A DNA stretch of 60,493 nt, filler included, from Hausera hauseri (lineage: Eukaryota): assembly GCA_046269625.1 (NCBI GenBank). It is 11 parts of 11 records of this genome, joined end to end, with 100 filler letters (N's around TTAATTAATTAA, not from the genome) between each part and the next. Parts side by side here need not be neighbours in the genome. Positions count along the whole stretch, not along the records: positions 24,231 to 29,952 come from JBJURY010199192.1; positions 30,053 to 35,710 come from JBJURY010211633.1; positions 35,811 to 40,706 come from JBJURY010399924.1; 8 more parts are not named here. One strand, given 5' to 3'. Every line of letters starts with the position of its first letter. Position 1 is the stretch's first letter. The notes under the pieces are model-generated. The model was given only the letters and a program-made list of their open reading frames with translations, had not been told where the DNA came from and searched no databases. Positions 24,131 through 39,080 of the stretch are shown here, piece after piece. Made by a program: the position numbers and the translations under genes.

Positions 24131-27100
24131 NNNNNNNNNNNNNNNNNNNNNNNNNNNNNNNNNNNNNNNNNNNNTTAATTAATTAANNNNNNNNNNNNNN
24201 NNNNNNNNNNNNNNNNNNNNNNNNNNNNNNATATTTTGCTAATAGAGAATTTATTACAAGGTTGCTTTTTGTGGCACTTGATCACAAGAAGTATGCAAAA
24301 AGCAGAATACAAATATGTATAATGATGTACGATATCAGCTATTTAACAGTTTTAAATAGTTTAGAAAAAAAACTGAATGAAGATAAACTAGTTTTATGTC
24401 ATGAATTATAAACATAAACTGTTTAGTTTTAATGTCTGAATGTAAGATTAAGTTGCTGTACACAAACCATACAACATCTGCATGTTTTACATTTTATTTA
24501 CGTAAAAAACATGCAGATTTTTTGCAGAGTGCTGAACCCCTCTCCTTCTTTTTATACCCAGTCCTCTGACTGACCTGCTGCTAATCCATCTAATTATTAC
24601 TTTTTATTTCACCTAAATTTACATCCTTGCTGCCATAAAACTTGAAACTAAGTGTTTTTTCAACCAAAATGGTACAAAATTTACTTAAATTTGGCTTTAT
24701 GAGATTTGGAAATCTTTACATTTTACTGCACACATTTTCTTTTTATAACTGGATCTATGCCGTTTATATTCTGCATTTTGAGCCTGCCTCCCTCTGTATT
24801 TCTTTCCAAGCACACCTTCCTCTGGATTCATTTTTCAGAGGCTCCTCGTGTTCGACGTGGATGACTTTGCTTTTTTTTTTTTTCTTAGACATGTGTAGTT
24901 TCGAGGTTTGGATGTCGGCGACAAACCAGGAGTCAACAAACTAATCCCGGTTAATGCTTTCACCCATTGTGAGGATACTGCTGCGGAGAGCCAGAAATAA
25001 ACCTGAAAACCTCTCATCTCTAATGCAGTTGGAGTTTCTGAAAGTCCTATTGTGTCTCTATATAGCTCCCATAAACACAGCAGTCCCTTTTAGACATAGG
25101 TTACTAACGTATAATATTTGTTTGTACTATTATTTGTATAATGTAAATTGTATCTGTTCAATTCAAGCTTTTAAATTAAGTCGAATTATTATTTCATAAT
25201 TATTTGTGAACTGTACTCTGCTGGTCTATTCGAGAAATGTGTGTGTGTGTGTGTAATATTCATAAAAACTATGAAAATTAAATTCATATTTTAATAGAAA
25301 ATATTTTGTCAATCTTTTTGAACTTTTATTTCCATTTCTGCAATTGGATGAAAATTTGAATTTGCAAATTTTATTTTCCATCAGCAAATTTTATTTGGGG
25401 TATATTTGGTAATGTGTTGAATAAATTTCATTTAATCATTTGCGGTACCATAGCAACAACAGCAAAAAGTCTCATTCAACTGGAATATCCCCCCCATCCA
25501 ATATTCGGTCAAAGGTGCACAAAAGAAAATTTCAATTTGAAGACAGAATGAGTAGATATTCATACAAATTTTATGTCACAATTATACTATTTTTGTATGT
25601 ATTTTTTATGTTATTAAGGAAATGAAAACGTAATTCGGTCCGTTAAAGCCAAACGTTCGTATATAAAATATTGTCAATATTTCATGTCAAATGAAGTTTA
25701 ATTAAAATAAACTTATAAATGTGTGTGTGTGTGTGTGACATTGTCCAATTCGACAAGTACTAATTCTTGTTTTATAATGGCGCAGTTTCCATTTATCATT
25801 AATCATTAATTATCACTATGGACTGAAATTTTCTGCGCCGACAAAACTAGAATTCCTCGATTCACGTTTGGAAATTCCGCGTTCATTCCTCGATTTCTTC
25901 ACAGACGTATTAGTAGCAAGTAGGTAGATTGGAGCACATGAACATCAGTCGGGCAGATATTTCGACACGAACTAAACAATATGTCTACTCATCAATTTGA
26001 ACCTCGCACACACACACAAAATATGTCGCACTATAAGTAAATGTACGTACCCAACTATCAATAGAAAGGTAATGTCACAAATGCAGACGTTTTAGACAGA
26101 ATCATTTGTTTAGTCGATTTCTCTGACGAAGATCTGAATAAGATGGAAATATTAGAACGTTACATAAAGAACGTTGAATAACAAATCCTGCAACATTATT
26201 GTCCTCAAAATGACATTTGTATATAAAGTTTGTAACTGAATATGTTGCTCCGTCACATGGTTCATTTACATAATGTTGGAACAGTAAAATATGGGTTAGG
26301 AAAATCTTAACCATAAATGTGTGTGTGTGTGTGTGCAATGATGATATTCCGATGAATGTGCTTCATATTTCTTATAAGTAATCGATTTTTTCTTCTGCTT
26401 TACGGGTTATAAAATTTGCTAAAAATGGGTCAGAAAACGTGAAATTTCTACAGAAAAGAAACCAAAATCGAAGTTTTGAAGAAGGAGGGCTTATCACAAA
26501 GGGCCAATCTTATCTGTTCAATGTCAGACTGCATTCAGGCTGTTATTGATTTCCATATTATGCCAATATTATTCATTGCTTCCGATCTTTTGAAATTTTA
26601 TGGCTGATCGTAAACTTTTGCCGTTGGACTGTAAGTTAATTGTAAATATTTCCAATTATTTTCATAACGTCTGTGTTTCGTTCTGGGTAATTTAAAATAT
26701 TAATTTATATACCAAATAAATCATGGCAAATGTTTCATTGGTTGTGTCACAAAATAGAATTATGAAAAGTTGACAAATTCAGACACACCGGTTTCTTCGT
26801 ACAGTTCTTTAAGATTGAGAAAAAATGCCTAAAATTTCAAAATAAATTAACAAAATTGAAAATTTTCGGCGAAATATTTAATTTAGTCGAATTTCATTGT
26901 AAATGTTTTCAAAACACCAAAAGAAAGTCCCCGGAAAACCTCACACAGTATGGCTTCAATTCATGTGTGTGCGTGTGTGTGTGTGTGAATTTTCAATTCT
27001 ACGATATACAGTGCATTTTTGAAAATTAATTTTATTTAACCGTTTAGAAACTTACACAGAATTTTTCAAAGGTTACCGGAACAGGAATTAATATAGAAAA

Positions 27101-30052
27101 TTGGACATGAACAATGCACAATCGACAACCTAGAAAACATTTAGAACATAACTTAATTAAATAACACTAAACATGGAGAGAAAAACAAAAAATTAATTAA
27201 CTTAATTAAAATTAAACATCAACAATTCCATACCAATTGATTCTGCTCCAGTAGCACATAAATTTTTCAGAGGTACCGACAGAAATTCATCCAATCCGGC
27301 AACCGGAGAGTTTGACGGACTTCAAAAATTAATATGCTGAACTCATCAATGTCATAAATGTAAAACAAAACCAAACTGAAAATTCTCAGTCCAACAAATA
27401 TTCAAAAATGTAACACGTTTCAGTTGCATGTTGTTGTCAAATAATCTCTTCATCGGACATATTCTTCACTACAACAACAGTAATACCAGTGATTGATTTC
27501 GGTGACATGACACGAAATAATCTATAATTTTCCATAGATATTGCTAAAATTATTGTACAGACCTCGACCAGCCGACATAAATTCTTGTATCCAAAGTTAT
27601 TAATTCCATCATCTGCTGACATTACAACGACTGTTAATATTGACAGCCAACAAATTTTCTTTCACTTTCGATTGATAATGATTTCTTCTTAATGTAAATT
27701 TAGGACCATCCATGGAGCTGAATTGTAATCAATAAATATATCAGGTTTCCATTAAGTCATTTAAATTTTATTCTGTTCAAAAGTATGAAACGTACTTAAA
27801 TAATGAAAAAATATTTTGAAGGAACTAAATTCAGCTGAAGAAAAAATGAAAAACACCGTAAAAAATTTCAAATTTTAAATTGACACTTTGAAAATAACCC
27901 GTTTAACGAAGAATATTTAAACAATTCAAACATTCTAAAGCTACTTTAAGGAAAAGTGTAAATTGTAATGCACATATCTACCAACACCTCAAAACTTGAA
28001 GACAGAAAATGTGGGCATGTTTTTCTTAGAATGGAGTGAAATTGAGGATGAAAATATTTTTAGGTCATGTAATATATGTCAATAATATCCTTTAATATTA
28101 CCAGCCCAGGATTTTTCTAAAAGCAATTTGCATAATAATTGCATCAGTTATTTTCCAATAACACTAATTCATACTTTTGGCATGTGGTTTCCTAATAGGT
28201 AGATAGGAGTACACGACACCAACAATCTCCAGGAAAAAAATTGATGCGTTTAAACAAAAGTGAATTTCACAAAATTGATAAACCGGTACTTATTTTTTTC
28301 CCGATTGGGTGAATCCGTAATTATATAATATCCCGGATTGGGTGAATGTGTACTTATTGGTTTTGTGACTAAAATATGCAACTTTCAAGCAAAATATTTT
28401 TGTAGTTTGTAGAGAACTTGGGCTAAAAGATTCTGTTATCGCTACCAAGTTAGCATGATGATAAACATGAAAACATCGCATTTAAAAATACTCCAAAATT
28501 CGTGTAAATTTCGCTACTTTGAGAAATTTTGACTAAATTTGACAAAATTTACACCTTTATTTAAATGTGTTTTGTGACTGAAATATGCAACTTTGGAACA
28601 AAATTTTTTGTAGCTTGTAGAGGAGAAACTGGGCTATCAAATACCGTTGTCCCCCCCCACCACCACCACCAAATTAACAGGGAATGACGATATTAAATTC
28701 AAAAGAAAAGGGTTTGACAGTTGCAATGAAGCGCAACGCTATTTGAAACGGAAAATTAAACTAAATAATGAAAAGTTTGAAGGATCAACTGAAATTGTAT
28801 TCATCATTAAATAAAATTAATTATTCAATAAAATTCATTTGTGTTAAATTTTTAAGTTTCCGCATTTTTTATTCACATTGGGAGAATATATTCATAATTC
28901 CAAATGATTATCATTAATTACATGACGCCAAATAGCTATAAATTGATCTCGTATCTTGACTATTGAAATGTTCTGAAATTACTGATGTAAAAATGAGCAG
29001 TTTCTGTTGTCATAAATATCCAAGAGCATAGCATTGCAATTACCTGCCAATAATTGCAGTAAAAAATGTATAAAATAATTTAATTTTCAAAAAAAATAAT
29101 TTTCAATTTTTAATAATTTTATTTGTTTGCAAAATAAGTATAATAAAAATAAACCAAAAGAAAGACTAAAAAGTAGTTCAATAGACATTTGATTTTTAAT
29201 ATAGGTTGTATAGAAAGTGAAATTACATAACTTAATTTCACTTTCATCCACAATTCGAACTATTAAAATAACTCATCTTCGTATCTCTCTAAAACAATGG
29301 AACATACAGCAAATACAATATAAATTATATACCAATCCAGAATACTACCCATAAACAACATCAAATGTATGTGTGTGATATACGTTAAGCATATATAAAA
29401 CTTTTAGTTTAAACGGTGTAAAATAAAGAATTAATTTCAGCAATTGGTATCCTTTATGGATAAACTAAGAACAAGATGTATTCTCTGATACAAAATATGC
29501 AGTATTCAATAAGAGCAATTAGAAACTTTATCATTAAACTTCTGAAAATCTGAGGGAAAAAACCGTATTACTAAAATGAAATTCAACAACACAAAATTCT
29601 TCTAAATATTCTTCAATTCAATAAACCAGTAATATGCACACTGAAAACAAATCAATATGACAAAAATAAAATTTACCCATAATTAATCCAATAACTTTAA
29701 ATGTCCAAATGAAATCCCAAAATAATATTTTATTAGCCCGTTAGGTGCTGTATAAAACTAGACCTTTGGTACTATTTAAAAGTTCGCTACTAGCCTTTTT
29801 CCTAAAAGAGCTGTGCTAGCTTTAGATCTCTCGCCCGAAGTCCGTAGAAAAATTGTTCAATTTAACTACAATTACAGTGAGTATATTTAGTTGAAATTCA
29901 CGTGTCCTAGGCAAATTAAGCCAATTAGCATGAAGGCCAGGCGTGATTTCAANNNNNNNNNNNNNNNNNNNNNNNNNNNNNNNNNNNNNNNNNNNNTTAA
30001 TTAATTAANNNNNNNNNNNNNNNNNNNNNNNNNNNNNNNNNNNNNNNNNNNN

Positions 30053-31962
30053 GGTCTCTAAGTATATATACTGGGGTTTTTGTTGTATCTATCTGATTCT
30101 CGTCGAGGTGGGGTATAATTATGTCTTCTGCCGTAATTTCCGGATCGCGAATCATTATGCATATTTCTGTTATCGTTTCTTGGGCTATATCTGTATCTGT
30201 TATCACCTCGTCGGTTATCTCTTTCTCTGCTATTATTTCTATTGAAGTTACTCTATCGTTCTCGACTGTTGTCGCTCCTAAACATCTCTCTACTTTCACT
30301 TCGCCTATCATTAGAGTAGTTAAATCTTTATCCTTCCGAACGATTATTTGCATATTGTGTCCGGCTATCATCTCGTTTATTATATAGGTTCATTTGGTCG
30401 TTTCTATTCTCGTAGAGGTTGGAATTTCGATCGTTACTGTATCTTTCTCTACTAGGAAATCGATTTTTATTATCATTTCCATTTTTTGAGTAATCTCGAG
30501 ATCTATAGTACCTTGAACCATTTCGTTGTCGATCATCATAGTATCTTCTATTTCGTTGATATTGTGCATTCCTATGGTTACTGTTCTAGTTTCTAGATAA
30601 TTGGTTATAACTTCCTTTTTCTGGGGTGTTGCTTCGCTGTGGTGTATTATTGTCTTGTCGATTATGGCTTTGGCTTCTCGAAGGGTCTCTCCAAGGTGAG
30701 TTACTACGGTTTGGTGCATCTGGCCTCATTAGTAATGGTGTCGTGGCTACTACCGCGAAATGCGTTTAATTAGTCCATAAGGGTGTTTCATCTATCCGAG
30801 TTGCCATTTGTCGGGTATATTCTATCAGCTCGTTAATATTGTTGGTTGTATGAAATTTAACTCCTTCTTGTAAGGGCGGTAAAAGTCCAAGTACAAAATG
30901 CTTCATGATGATGGCACCAAAAGCGTTTGCATTATGACTAAATTATCTATTCATTGCTGTTTTAAACCTATTAATATAGGTCAAAACTTCTTCATTTGGT
31001 TTATGTTTACAATTTTGGAATTTTAGATATTGGTTTTCTTGTATGTTAACCTGCTGATTTTGTAATATTCTTTCTCGGCGTTGTGTCCAGATTTCATCCA
31101 TTCGTGTAGGTAGGCGGGTTATTGCCATTCTGAAATCGTTATTCACATGTACTGGTAAGAGTGATATCTTCATTGCATTATCCCAATGCATGGCTGTGGT
31201 CAAAGAATCATACTCATCCAAATAATCTTCAAAGTCTGATACTCGTCCTTCATATGGTTGAAGGCGAGGAAGCATTCTGTCTTTTTCTTCTCTTCTACTT
31301 TTATTACCATAACCGGAATTATTATTTAGATTACAGTTGCCCTCATCATAATGACCTGACGACTCTCGATTATATCTTTGCGGTTCAATGTTGTTGCTAT
31401 CAGTGTCAAAAGTTTTACAAGATATGGAACTTAATTCCGCTGAAAACTCTGGTAATGGTAATTCTCCCTGCCGTCAAGTTATCATTTCTGTCCTTACTTG
31501 TTCCAAATGTTCATTTAGTTGGTTTATACATCGAGATAATGTTTCTATTTGATTTCTGTTGTTATTATTTTCTATTTGTATCTGCCATTGCTCGAATACT
31601 GTAATTGAAACTTGATTTTGTATTGTATTTAATCTTTGACTAGTTTGTCTTTCTTTATTATTAATCTGGTCTCTATTTCTATGTATTACGGCTATATTAT
31701 CAACAGTCTGTTGTTGTAAATTACGTATTTGTCTGGAATGGGTAATGACATCTTTTGCAAGTTGGGCATTTCTCTCTTCTAATTCATTTCAGCTTATGTT
31801 ATTATCGTTCGCTTTCTGTTCTATTTGTACATTTTTTTCTTTGACTCTATCCAATCTTATACTATTATTCATGACACTTGCCTCTATCGTGTCATCTCCT
31901 CCTTGTCGAGGTATATCTTGTATCTCTCTAATTAACTGCTGCATACTATCGTTCGTCATCAT
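30053..31962 (-). mobile_element. Retrotransposon gag, decayed: coiled-coil N-part, capsid domain, R/S/D/Y-rich C-part
   Basis: LQPYEGRVSDFEDYLDEYDSLTTAMHWDNAMKISLLP and KHKPNEEVLTYINRFK (MHR-like); ATG at 31962; stops and frameshifts. Confidence 0.8.
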
Positions 31963-32049
31963 CCTTTACTATACTTGTTATCTTCTATCTTTCAATATCA
32001 AAAGTTTTTGTTTATGTGAGTATTTAATTGTTTGTTAATTCGGTTATGT

Positions 32050-35000
32050 TTTATAGTATTTACTCATTTAATACAATTGATCCATGTTTACCTAATGTTA
32101 CAGTTCAACTTAATGATTTTAGTCAAAGTCAAGTTGTTTGGATATCACAATGTGTTTATAAATTTATATAAATAACTATTTTTATAATCCATTATAGGTA
32201 CTTTGATGATATTTACTTTGAAATTCTGTGCATAAGACTTCCTTGCATTGCTATAAAAAATAATTATTCATATTTCAGTAAAATGTCCCATTTAATGTTC
32301 GTCTATAATTTTCAATTATTTATCCGAAGCATATGCCAAATATTTATTTTTGTTCCTGTCATTGTAATGATCACCATAAAGATTCTTTTATCAACTATTG
32401 TAAATCTATTTTGTTTTCCCTAAATCCACAAAATCATGTATAATAAATTCACCAAAGACATCTATCTAATAGTCTATAAAGTAACCGTTATCTTGTAAGA
32501 ATTCAGACCATGGTTCTAATTTATATACATACATTTTTAACTTTTAGCATCATAAAGACAGCGAGTTAATTGTTTTGTCAATGTAGTGAATTCATTTATA
32601 TTTCAACTCATTTGGTCTAATATTATATCGTATCTACGAATAATGGTATTGCAAAGTTCACCATACAATTCTGATTCCCCACTATCTATATGTCATGCAT
32701 ACTAATAGTATCAACGCATAACAAATCATATCTTCAAAATCTGGTTGCAAGATTCTAACATACTTTCAACGTAGCGTAAATATTCTTTCATGGCTAACAG
32801 AATGATAACTATTGATACATCAATCTATCGTCTTTAGTCCTATTCATATACACGCATACATATACAGTGAGAACTGAAATGTTTAGTTATCTGTATGAAA
32901 GATACTCAATATAATTTTTATCGTTTCGATAATTCATCGTAATCATGTTTTATAAATCAAAACTTATGTCCATACTCTATTCTACTTATAACGTTAAGCA
33001 AATTATGTCCCTTCAGGATCTATAGAATAGCTTCCAACAACTTCATCTATTTGACATAATCTCCGCTTTATTAGAAATAATCTAAACACAAAATTCATAA
33101 TAAATTAAAACCTTTCGTGGACCTATATGAAATTTCTTGTCATAAACATTTATTTAATCACAATTTATATACAATATAATTGATTATAGGGCAAAATAAT
33201 GATGGAAATAAATCATTAATTTTTATCGTACTTAGTATAATCTTCCATTACTCACCATGCGATGCTTCGTCAGGCGATCCTTGTTCTGTCGAGTTCGAAT
33301 GGTACATAATGTTGTATTTTCAATAATACTCTAGGTCTTGATCTTTGCAAATCACTCTGATCCGATCTGACTCTATACGATGATGGAATGAATTACGGTA
33401 GAATAATTATCGATTGGATTCCGTAACCTGATAATTTGGACGCTGATAAAATAATACTAAAGGCTATATTAATGTATTATAGCCAGTTTCCAAATACTTG
33501 TATGATTATCTAGGGTCGATTGTAGACGTTCAATTGTTTCTAATTTCTTCGAAAACGATAGTAAGCTGGATAATTTGTTCTTTATGTTTTTCGTGTTGTT
33601 TGTGTAATTGTGGTGGTTTTGTTCAGTTATGGCCAGCTTAAATAGTAATCGAGCAGTGATTTATTATCTTCTTCGACAATTTTAAAATCTATTTTATGAA
33701 ATTTAATAGCCGCATCTGCCACTGCTGTATCAAAAATTTTTAAATGTCATTGACAATTTCAACTTTTAATATACCATTTATTACGTATTTCCACAATTCT
33801 GGTATGAATGATTCCGGGTTTTGAAATATAATTTATTAACCAATAAATCAATTATTGTGGAACCATTGATTTTAACTTTATGAAATTTAATTTGTTAAAA
33901 TTTCTTTTCTATATAATCAAGGTTTTCCTTTAATTTGTAAATGCTCTACAAGGTACGATGTTTTTCTTTGATTAATCCATCACCCTTTTGCCGCTTTATT
34001 TAGCTACGTAGGATAACAACAATCGTACACAAGACAGTGAGTCAGTGATACCCATCAAGGGGTTTACAATTAATAAAGCAAGGAAAGATACAATCAAGGA
34101 CATTATTAATTATAGGAACAAATTAATCGTAAAGTTAGAAATCTTTTGTCATCATCATTTATCCATAGTCATCAGTTGTAAATAAAAATGTTGTTTTTGT
34201 AGCGTCACTGTAAAATGTTTCGAACTGTAGAATTTTAACGAATCTCAGCATAAGTATATTTTCTATTGATATCATTTATTAACATGATAAGTTCGACATT
34301 TTTATATTTAATGAGCCTATTGGTTGTTATTGTTGAAGGGTTTGTATTTGTAGTCTAAATTTAATGGGTTTACAACCAATATACAGATATTGTGATAAGC
34401 TATGAAGGTGGTGAGTTGGAGGCGATATGACAACCATAGGTTATCCAGCGCCTGATGTATAACATATCCGCTCCTTATTTGTTCAGTCTTTGATGCAGTT
34501 CGTATTTATCATTTTAATTATGATATGTAACATCCTCTCTTTGGTATATGCCATTGCTTTTATGCTTACGGAATGTACAAACGTATTGACTAATCGATAC
34601 GTCTGCCAATGACTACGTTTCACGCAGTTCCTTCTGTATTTGTAGATTGTAATATACCTATAACAACCGAGTATAAATTCTTAAAAGCAATGATATAATC
34701 ACTACGGTATAATCTATTATTATTCATACTAGTCAATACGATTCATTTAATTGTTAGTAGCAGCAGGTTACATATTCGTGAAAGCAACAGTATAATATAA
34801 TCAATTATTCATTAGTAAATCGGTCAGTATGATTAGCGTAGAGATTTAAGGATGGCAAATTATGTATACTTGAAAGCGATAACATAATTATTGCCTTAGA
34901 ACAGTTATTAGAATAACAATCAATTATTATTAAAATTAGATCGACATGATTCGCATAGATACTCATGAATCGTTCTAATACCCGTGTGACTTTCGACCGC

Positions 35001-35700
35001 ATGATAATTTATCTGAAATGTTCTATAAGTGAATCACCTGTCAAATTCACCTGTGAAAATTGTGGGATAATACACTCGTCCGATATGGATTGACAGAGAT
35101 CACTCTCCCTTGGCCTGTCTAATGAAACATTCCGTATTCCACTTTCTATCATCCGAGGTACTGGTAGCATTTATATTATTTTTGGACATTTGTTAGTCTA
35201 ATAGGCATCGCAGATACAACGATTTATCTGTTATCCGTCGGAATCCATGGGTTCAGTTAAGGGCGAATTTCAAGTTTGTTATCATTGTATTACTGTTGTG
35301 TTCATCCGCCATTATCTTTTTCTGTGTCGGTGACCTCAACTGCACCGATTATATCGATTATATCTGTTTGTTGCTGTCTGAACATCGAACATTCCAGTCT
35401 CCTGCTTATTCTTTACCATGTTGTCTATACTTTCAACCAGTACACATGAATAACTTTGTTTCACATTCTTGTTAACTTCTGAAAAAGGAATTAAAATACA
35501 GAGTATATTTGCCGGAAGGCGTCTTAACAATACTCCGGATAATCAATTGAGGTTATAAAATTTATTAAAATGAAAACCACATTACAAATCATTCGGCGGC
35601 GATTAGATAATTTAGAAACTTTTATCTTCTACTTTACATAATAAATCAATCATGAACATAATTATACGAGGTTTATTATTTAAAATAATAATAAAAACCC
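32050..35700 (-). pseudogene. Long, heavily decayed coding-like region upstream of gag, possibly env-like
   Basis: Same strand bias as gag; YPAYYRFRR at about 33546-33572 followed by a hydrophobic run (IIIQVFGNWL*YINIAFSIILSA); scattered Cys. No intact ORF. Confidence 0.3.
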
Positions 35701-35810
35701 ATCGTTCAACNNNNNNNNNNNNNNNNNNNNNNNNNNNNNNNNNNNNNNNNNNNNTTAATTAATTAANNNNNNNNNNNNNNNNNNNNNNNNNNNNNNNNNN
35801 NNNNNNNNNN

Positions 35811-38172
35811 GCCCCAGTGGTTGGTGAACCAGGCACGAGATTCAGGAATGACTGATGAGCCATGCGCCAGATTCCCAAATGATAGCCGCATTGGGTAGTC
35901 AGCAATTCGCGAGATTCAGGAATGATAACCCCAATGGTCGGTAAGCCATGCGCGTCTTTCGGGAATAATACACCCACTAGTTCTGAGCCATTCTCGAGAT
36001 TTTGAAATGATAGCCGCAATCTTTGATGACCTATCCGCGAGAATATGGAATTATAGCCCCAATGGACGGTGAGCCATTCACGAGATTCAGGAATGAGAGC
36101 CCTAATGGTCGGTGAGCCGTATGCGAGATTCTGGAATTACAGCACAAATGGTAGTTGAGTCAAGCGTGTGATTTCGAAATGATTGATGCAGTGGTTGGTG
36201 AGCCATTCATAATACTCCAGAATGTAAGCACAAATGGTATGTGAGATATGCGCGAGATTTTGGAATAATAGCCAAAATTGTTGGCCAGCCATGCGTCATA
36301 TCCTTAAATAATCATCCCCTTCTTTGGTACGCCATGCGCGAGATTCTGGAATGATAGCCCGAATAGTTGCTTTGCCATGCGCGTCTTTCTGGAATGCTAG
36401 ACCCCACTGAAGCTGAATGGTTGCTTTGCCATGCGCGTCTTTTTGGAATGCTAGACCCCACAGATTTGAAAGCCATTTTCAAGATTCTGATATCATAGCC
36501 CCAACCTTTGATGACCCATGCGAGAGATTCTGGAATTATAGCCCCAATGGTCAGAGAGCCATGCGAGAGATTCCAAATTGATAGCCTCTATGGTTGGTGA
36601 GCCATTCAGGGGATTCCAGTATGAAAGCCTGAATGCGCGTCTTTCTGGAATGACAGCCCCAGTCGGCGCTGAGCGATTCTGCTGATTCTGGAATAATAGG
36701 CAAGTTGGCTGATGAGCCGTGTCCGAGATTCCCAAATGATAGCCGCAATGGGCGGTGAGCAATTCGCGAGATTCAGGAATGATAGCCCCAATGGTCGGTA
36801 AGCCATGCGCAACATTCCAAAATAATAATCTAAATGGTTACTTTGCCATGAGCGTCTTTCTGGAATACACTCACTAGTTCTAAGCCATTCTAAAGATGTT
36901 GAAATGATAGCCGCAACCTTTGATGACCTATGCGCGAGAATCTGGAATTATAGCCCCAATGGACGGTGAGCCATACATGAGATTCCAAAAATGATAGCCC
37001 CAGTGGTTGGTGAACCATTCACGAGATTCAGGAATGACAGCCCTAGTGGTCAGTGAGGCGTGTGCGAGATTCTGGAATTACAGCTCAAATGGTAGGTGAG
37101 CCAAGCGTGTGATTCCGAAATGATTGATGCAGTAGTTGGTGAGCCATTCGTAATACTCTGGAATGTTAACAGTCCCAATGGTTCTGGAACCGTGCGTGAG
37201 ACTCTTTTATAATTCCAGAAATGGTAGGTGAGCCATGCGCAACATTATCGATTGATAAAAATATTGGTTGGTGACACATTCACGAGATTCTGGAACGACG
37301 GCCCCAATGGTTGGTAATCTCGAGTAGCTGGTGAGACATGCGCGAGATTATGGAATATGATGGCACACCAACCATTCGGATGGTTGCTTTGGCATGCGCG
37401 TCTTTCTGGAATGCTAGACCCCACAGAATGTAAGCCATTCTCGAGATTTTGAAATGATAACCGCAACCTTTGATGACCTATGCGCAAGAATCTGGAATTA
37501 TAGCCCCAATGGACGGTGAGCTATACATGAGATTCCAAAAATGATAGCCCCAGTGGTTGGTGAACCATTCACGAGAATCAGGAATGACAGCCCTAATGGT
37601 CAGTGAGCCGTGTGCGAGATTATGGAATTAAAGCACAAATGGTCGGTGAGCCATGCGAGAGATTATGCAATATGATGGCTCACAAACCATTCCGAATTAT
37701 AGTCTTAATGATTGGTGAGCCATACAGGGGATTCTGGAATGATAGCCTGAATGGTTGCTTTGCAATGCTCGTATTTCTTGAATGCTAGACCCCACAGATT
37801 GTAAGCCATTTTCAAGATTCTAAAATGATAGCCCCAACCTTTGATGACCCATGCGAGAGAATCTGGAATTATAGCCCCAATGGACGGTGAGCCATACATG
37901 AGATTCCAAAATGATAGTCACAATGATTGATGGGCCATGCGGCAGATTCCGGAATGATAGCAAAGGTGGCTGATGAGCCATGCGCGAGATTCCCAAATGA
38001 TTGCTGCACTAGATGGCGAACCATTCACGAGATTCAGGATTGACAGCCCCACTCGGTATGTTCGGTAAGCCATGCGCGAGATTCCAAATTGATAGCCACA
38101 ATGGTTGGTGAGCCATTCAGGAGATTCCACAATGATAGCCTGAATGGTTACTTTGCCATGCGCGTCTTTCTG
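35811..38172. repeat. Degenerate satellite, ~42-44-bp monomer with higher-order blocks
   Basis: Consensus about gagattctggaatgatagccccaatggttggtgagccatgcgc; multi-monomer blocks recur at about 36000, 36897, 37447 and 37820. Confidence 0.95.
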
Positions 38173-38984
38173 GACTTAATGGTGCGCAACAGACAGATAC
38201 AAGCACTTATAGGAACGAAAGATTGCGTCACGGGATAACTGTCGACAAGTGACGTAATAGTATTGTCGCAGAAGCCAGTGGAGCCAGAAGGTCGTTAGAA
38301 TAAGTATGTGAGCAGATCGACGACAACTGTCCTATGTAGTAATCCATAGAGGAGCATAACATCATAATAAATCCCAACAACCTATTGTACCAGAAACGTA
38401 ATCCGTACGAAGTTCAGTGTCCATCCATGAGACTCATTCAACGGTCAATACCATCAACGTCCATCGTTTCAAGTGTATGATGCCATGAGGGCTTACTTAT
38501 TGTTGGCAGAAACTGAAATCTAACACATCGACGTACCAATCGAAATCCCAAGAACTATACAAGTTGTGTGCAAGAGGTTACGGAGATTGTTCGGATGAAG
38601 AGAAGGTAGCAGGTAAAACAATTAAACACTTGCTAAATTTAATGTTGCGTTTCACAATTGAACAATGACAGTAAAGATAAATCTAACATCCCGGGGATCT
38701 GTAATTTTTTATTAGATAAAATGAAATGTGTAAGTGTAACATGTGTTGATCGATTAACGGCCAAGACTGACTGTCATTCACGAAGGTTTTCTAAAGAAGC
38801 CGAAGTTAAAAGTAAGTAACAAAGCTATGGTTAGGATTTTAATGGAATTGAATAAGTTTAGTTTGGTGTTGTCTTGTCTTTGATCCACAGTCATCGGGCG
38901 TCAGCTCGTGTTGACGTTGATGCCAATAAGTGGTACTATGCAGTTTTAGTAAGTTGCTATGGACTGTCATATAGGATACTGTCC

Positions 38985-39080
38985 ATGTCAGGAAAGTTGT
39001 CGATATGAAAAGTTGTCAACATGAAAAAATGTCAACATGAAAAGTTGTCGACATGAAAAGTCACCGACATGAAAACTTGC
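38985..39080. repeat. 16-bp tandem repeat (about 6 copies)
   Basis: catgaaaagttgtcga variants. Confidence 0.8.

Noticed and set aside
24231-29952. Possible exons (LRR-like LKSVKLSGCRI near 27300) and (GT)n tracts
   Set aside because: Multiple stops and no consistent splice model; cannot be assigned without a search.
35811-38172. CRISPR-like periodicity (also 45167-45985)
   Set aside because: Whole units are homologous with no unique spacers, there are no cas genes, and the context is eukaryotic. These are satellites.
38179-38561. Possible solo LTR (TG start, AATAAA, ACA end) next to the satellite
   Set aside because: No TSD, second copy, PBS or PPT to support the boundaries.
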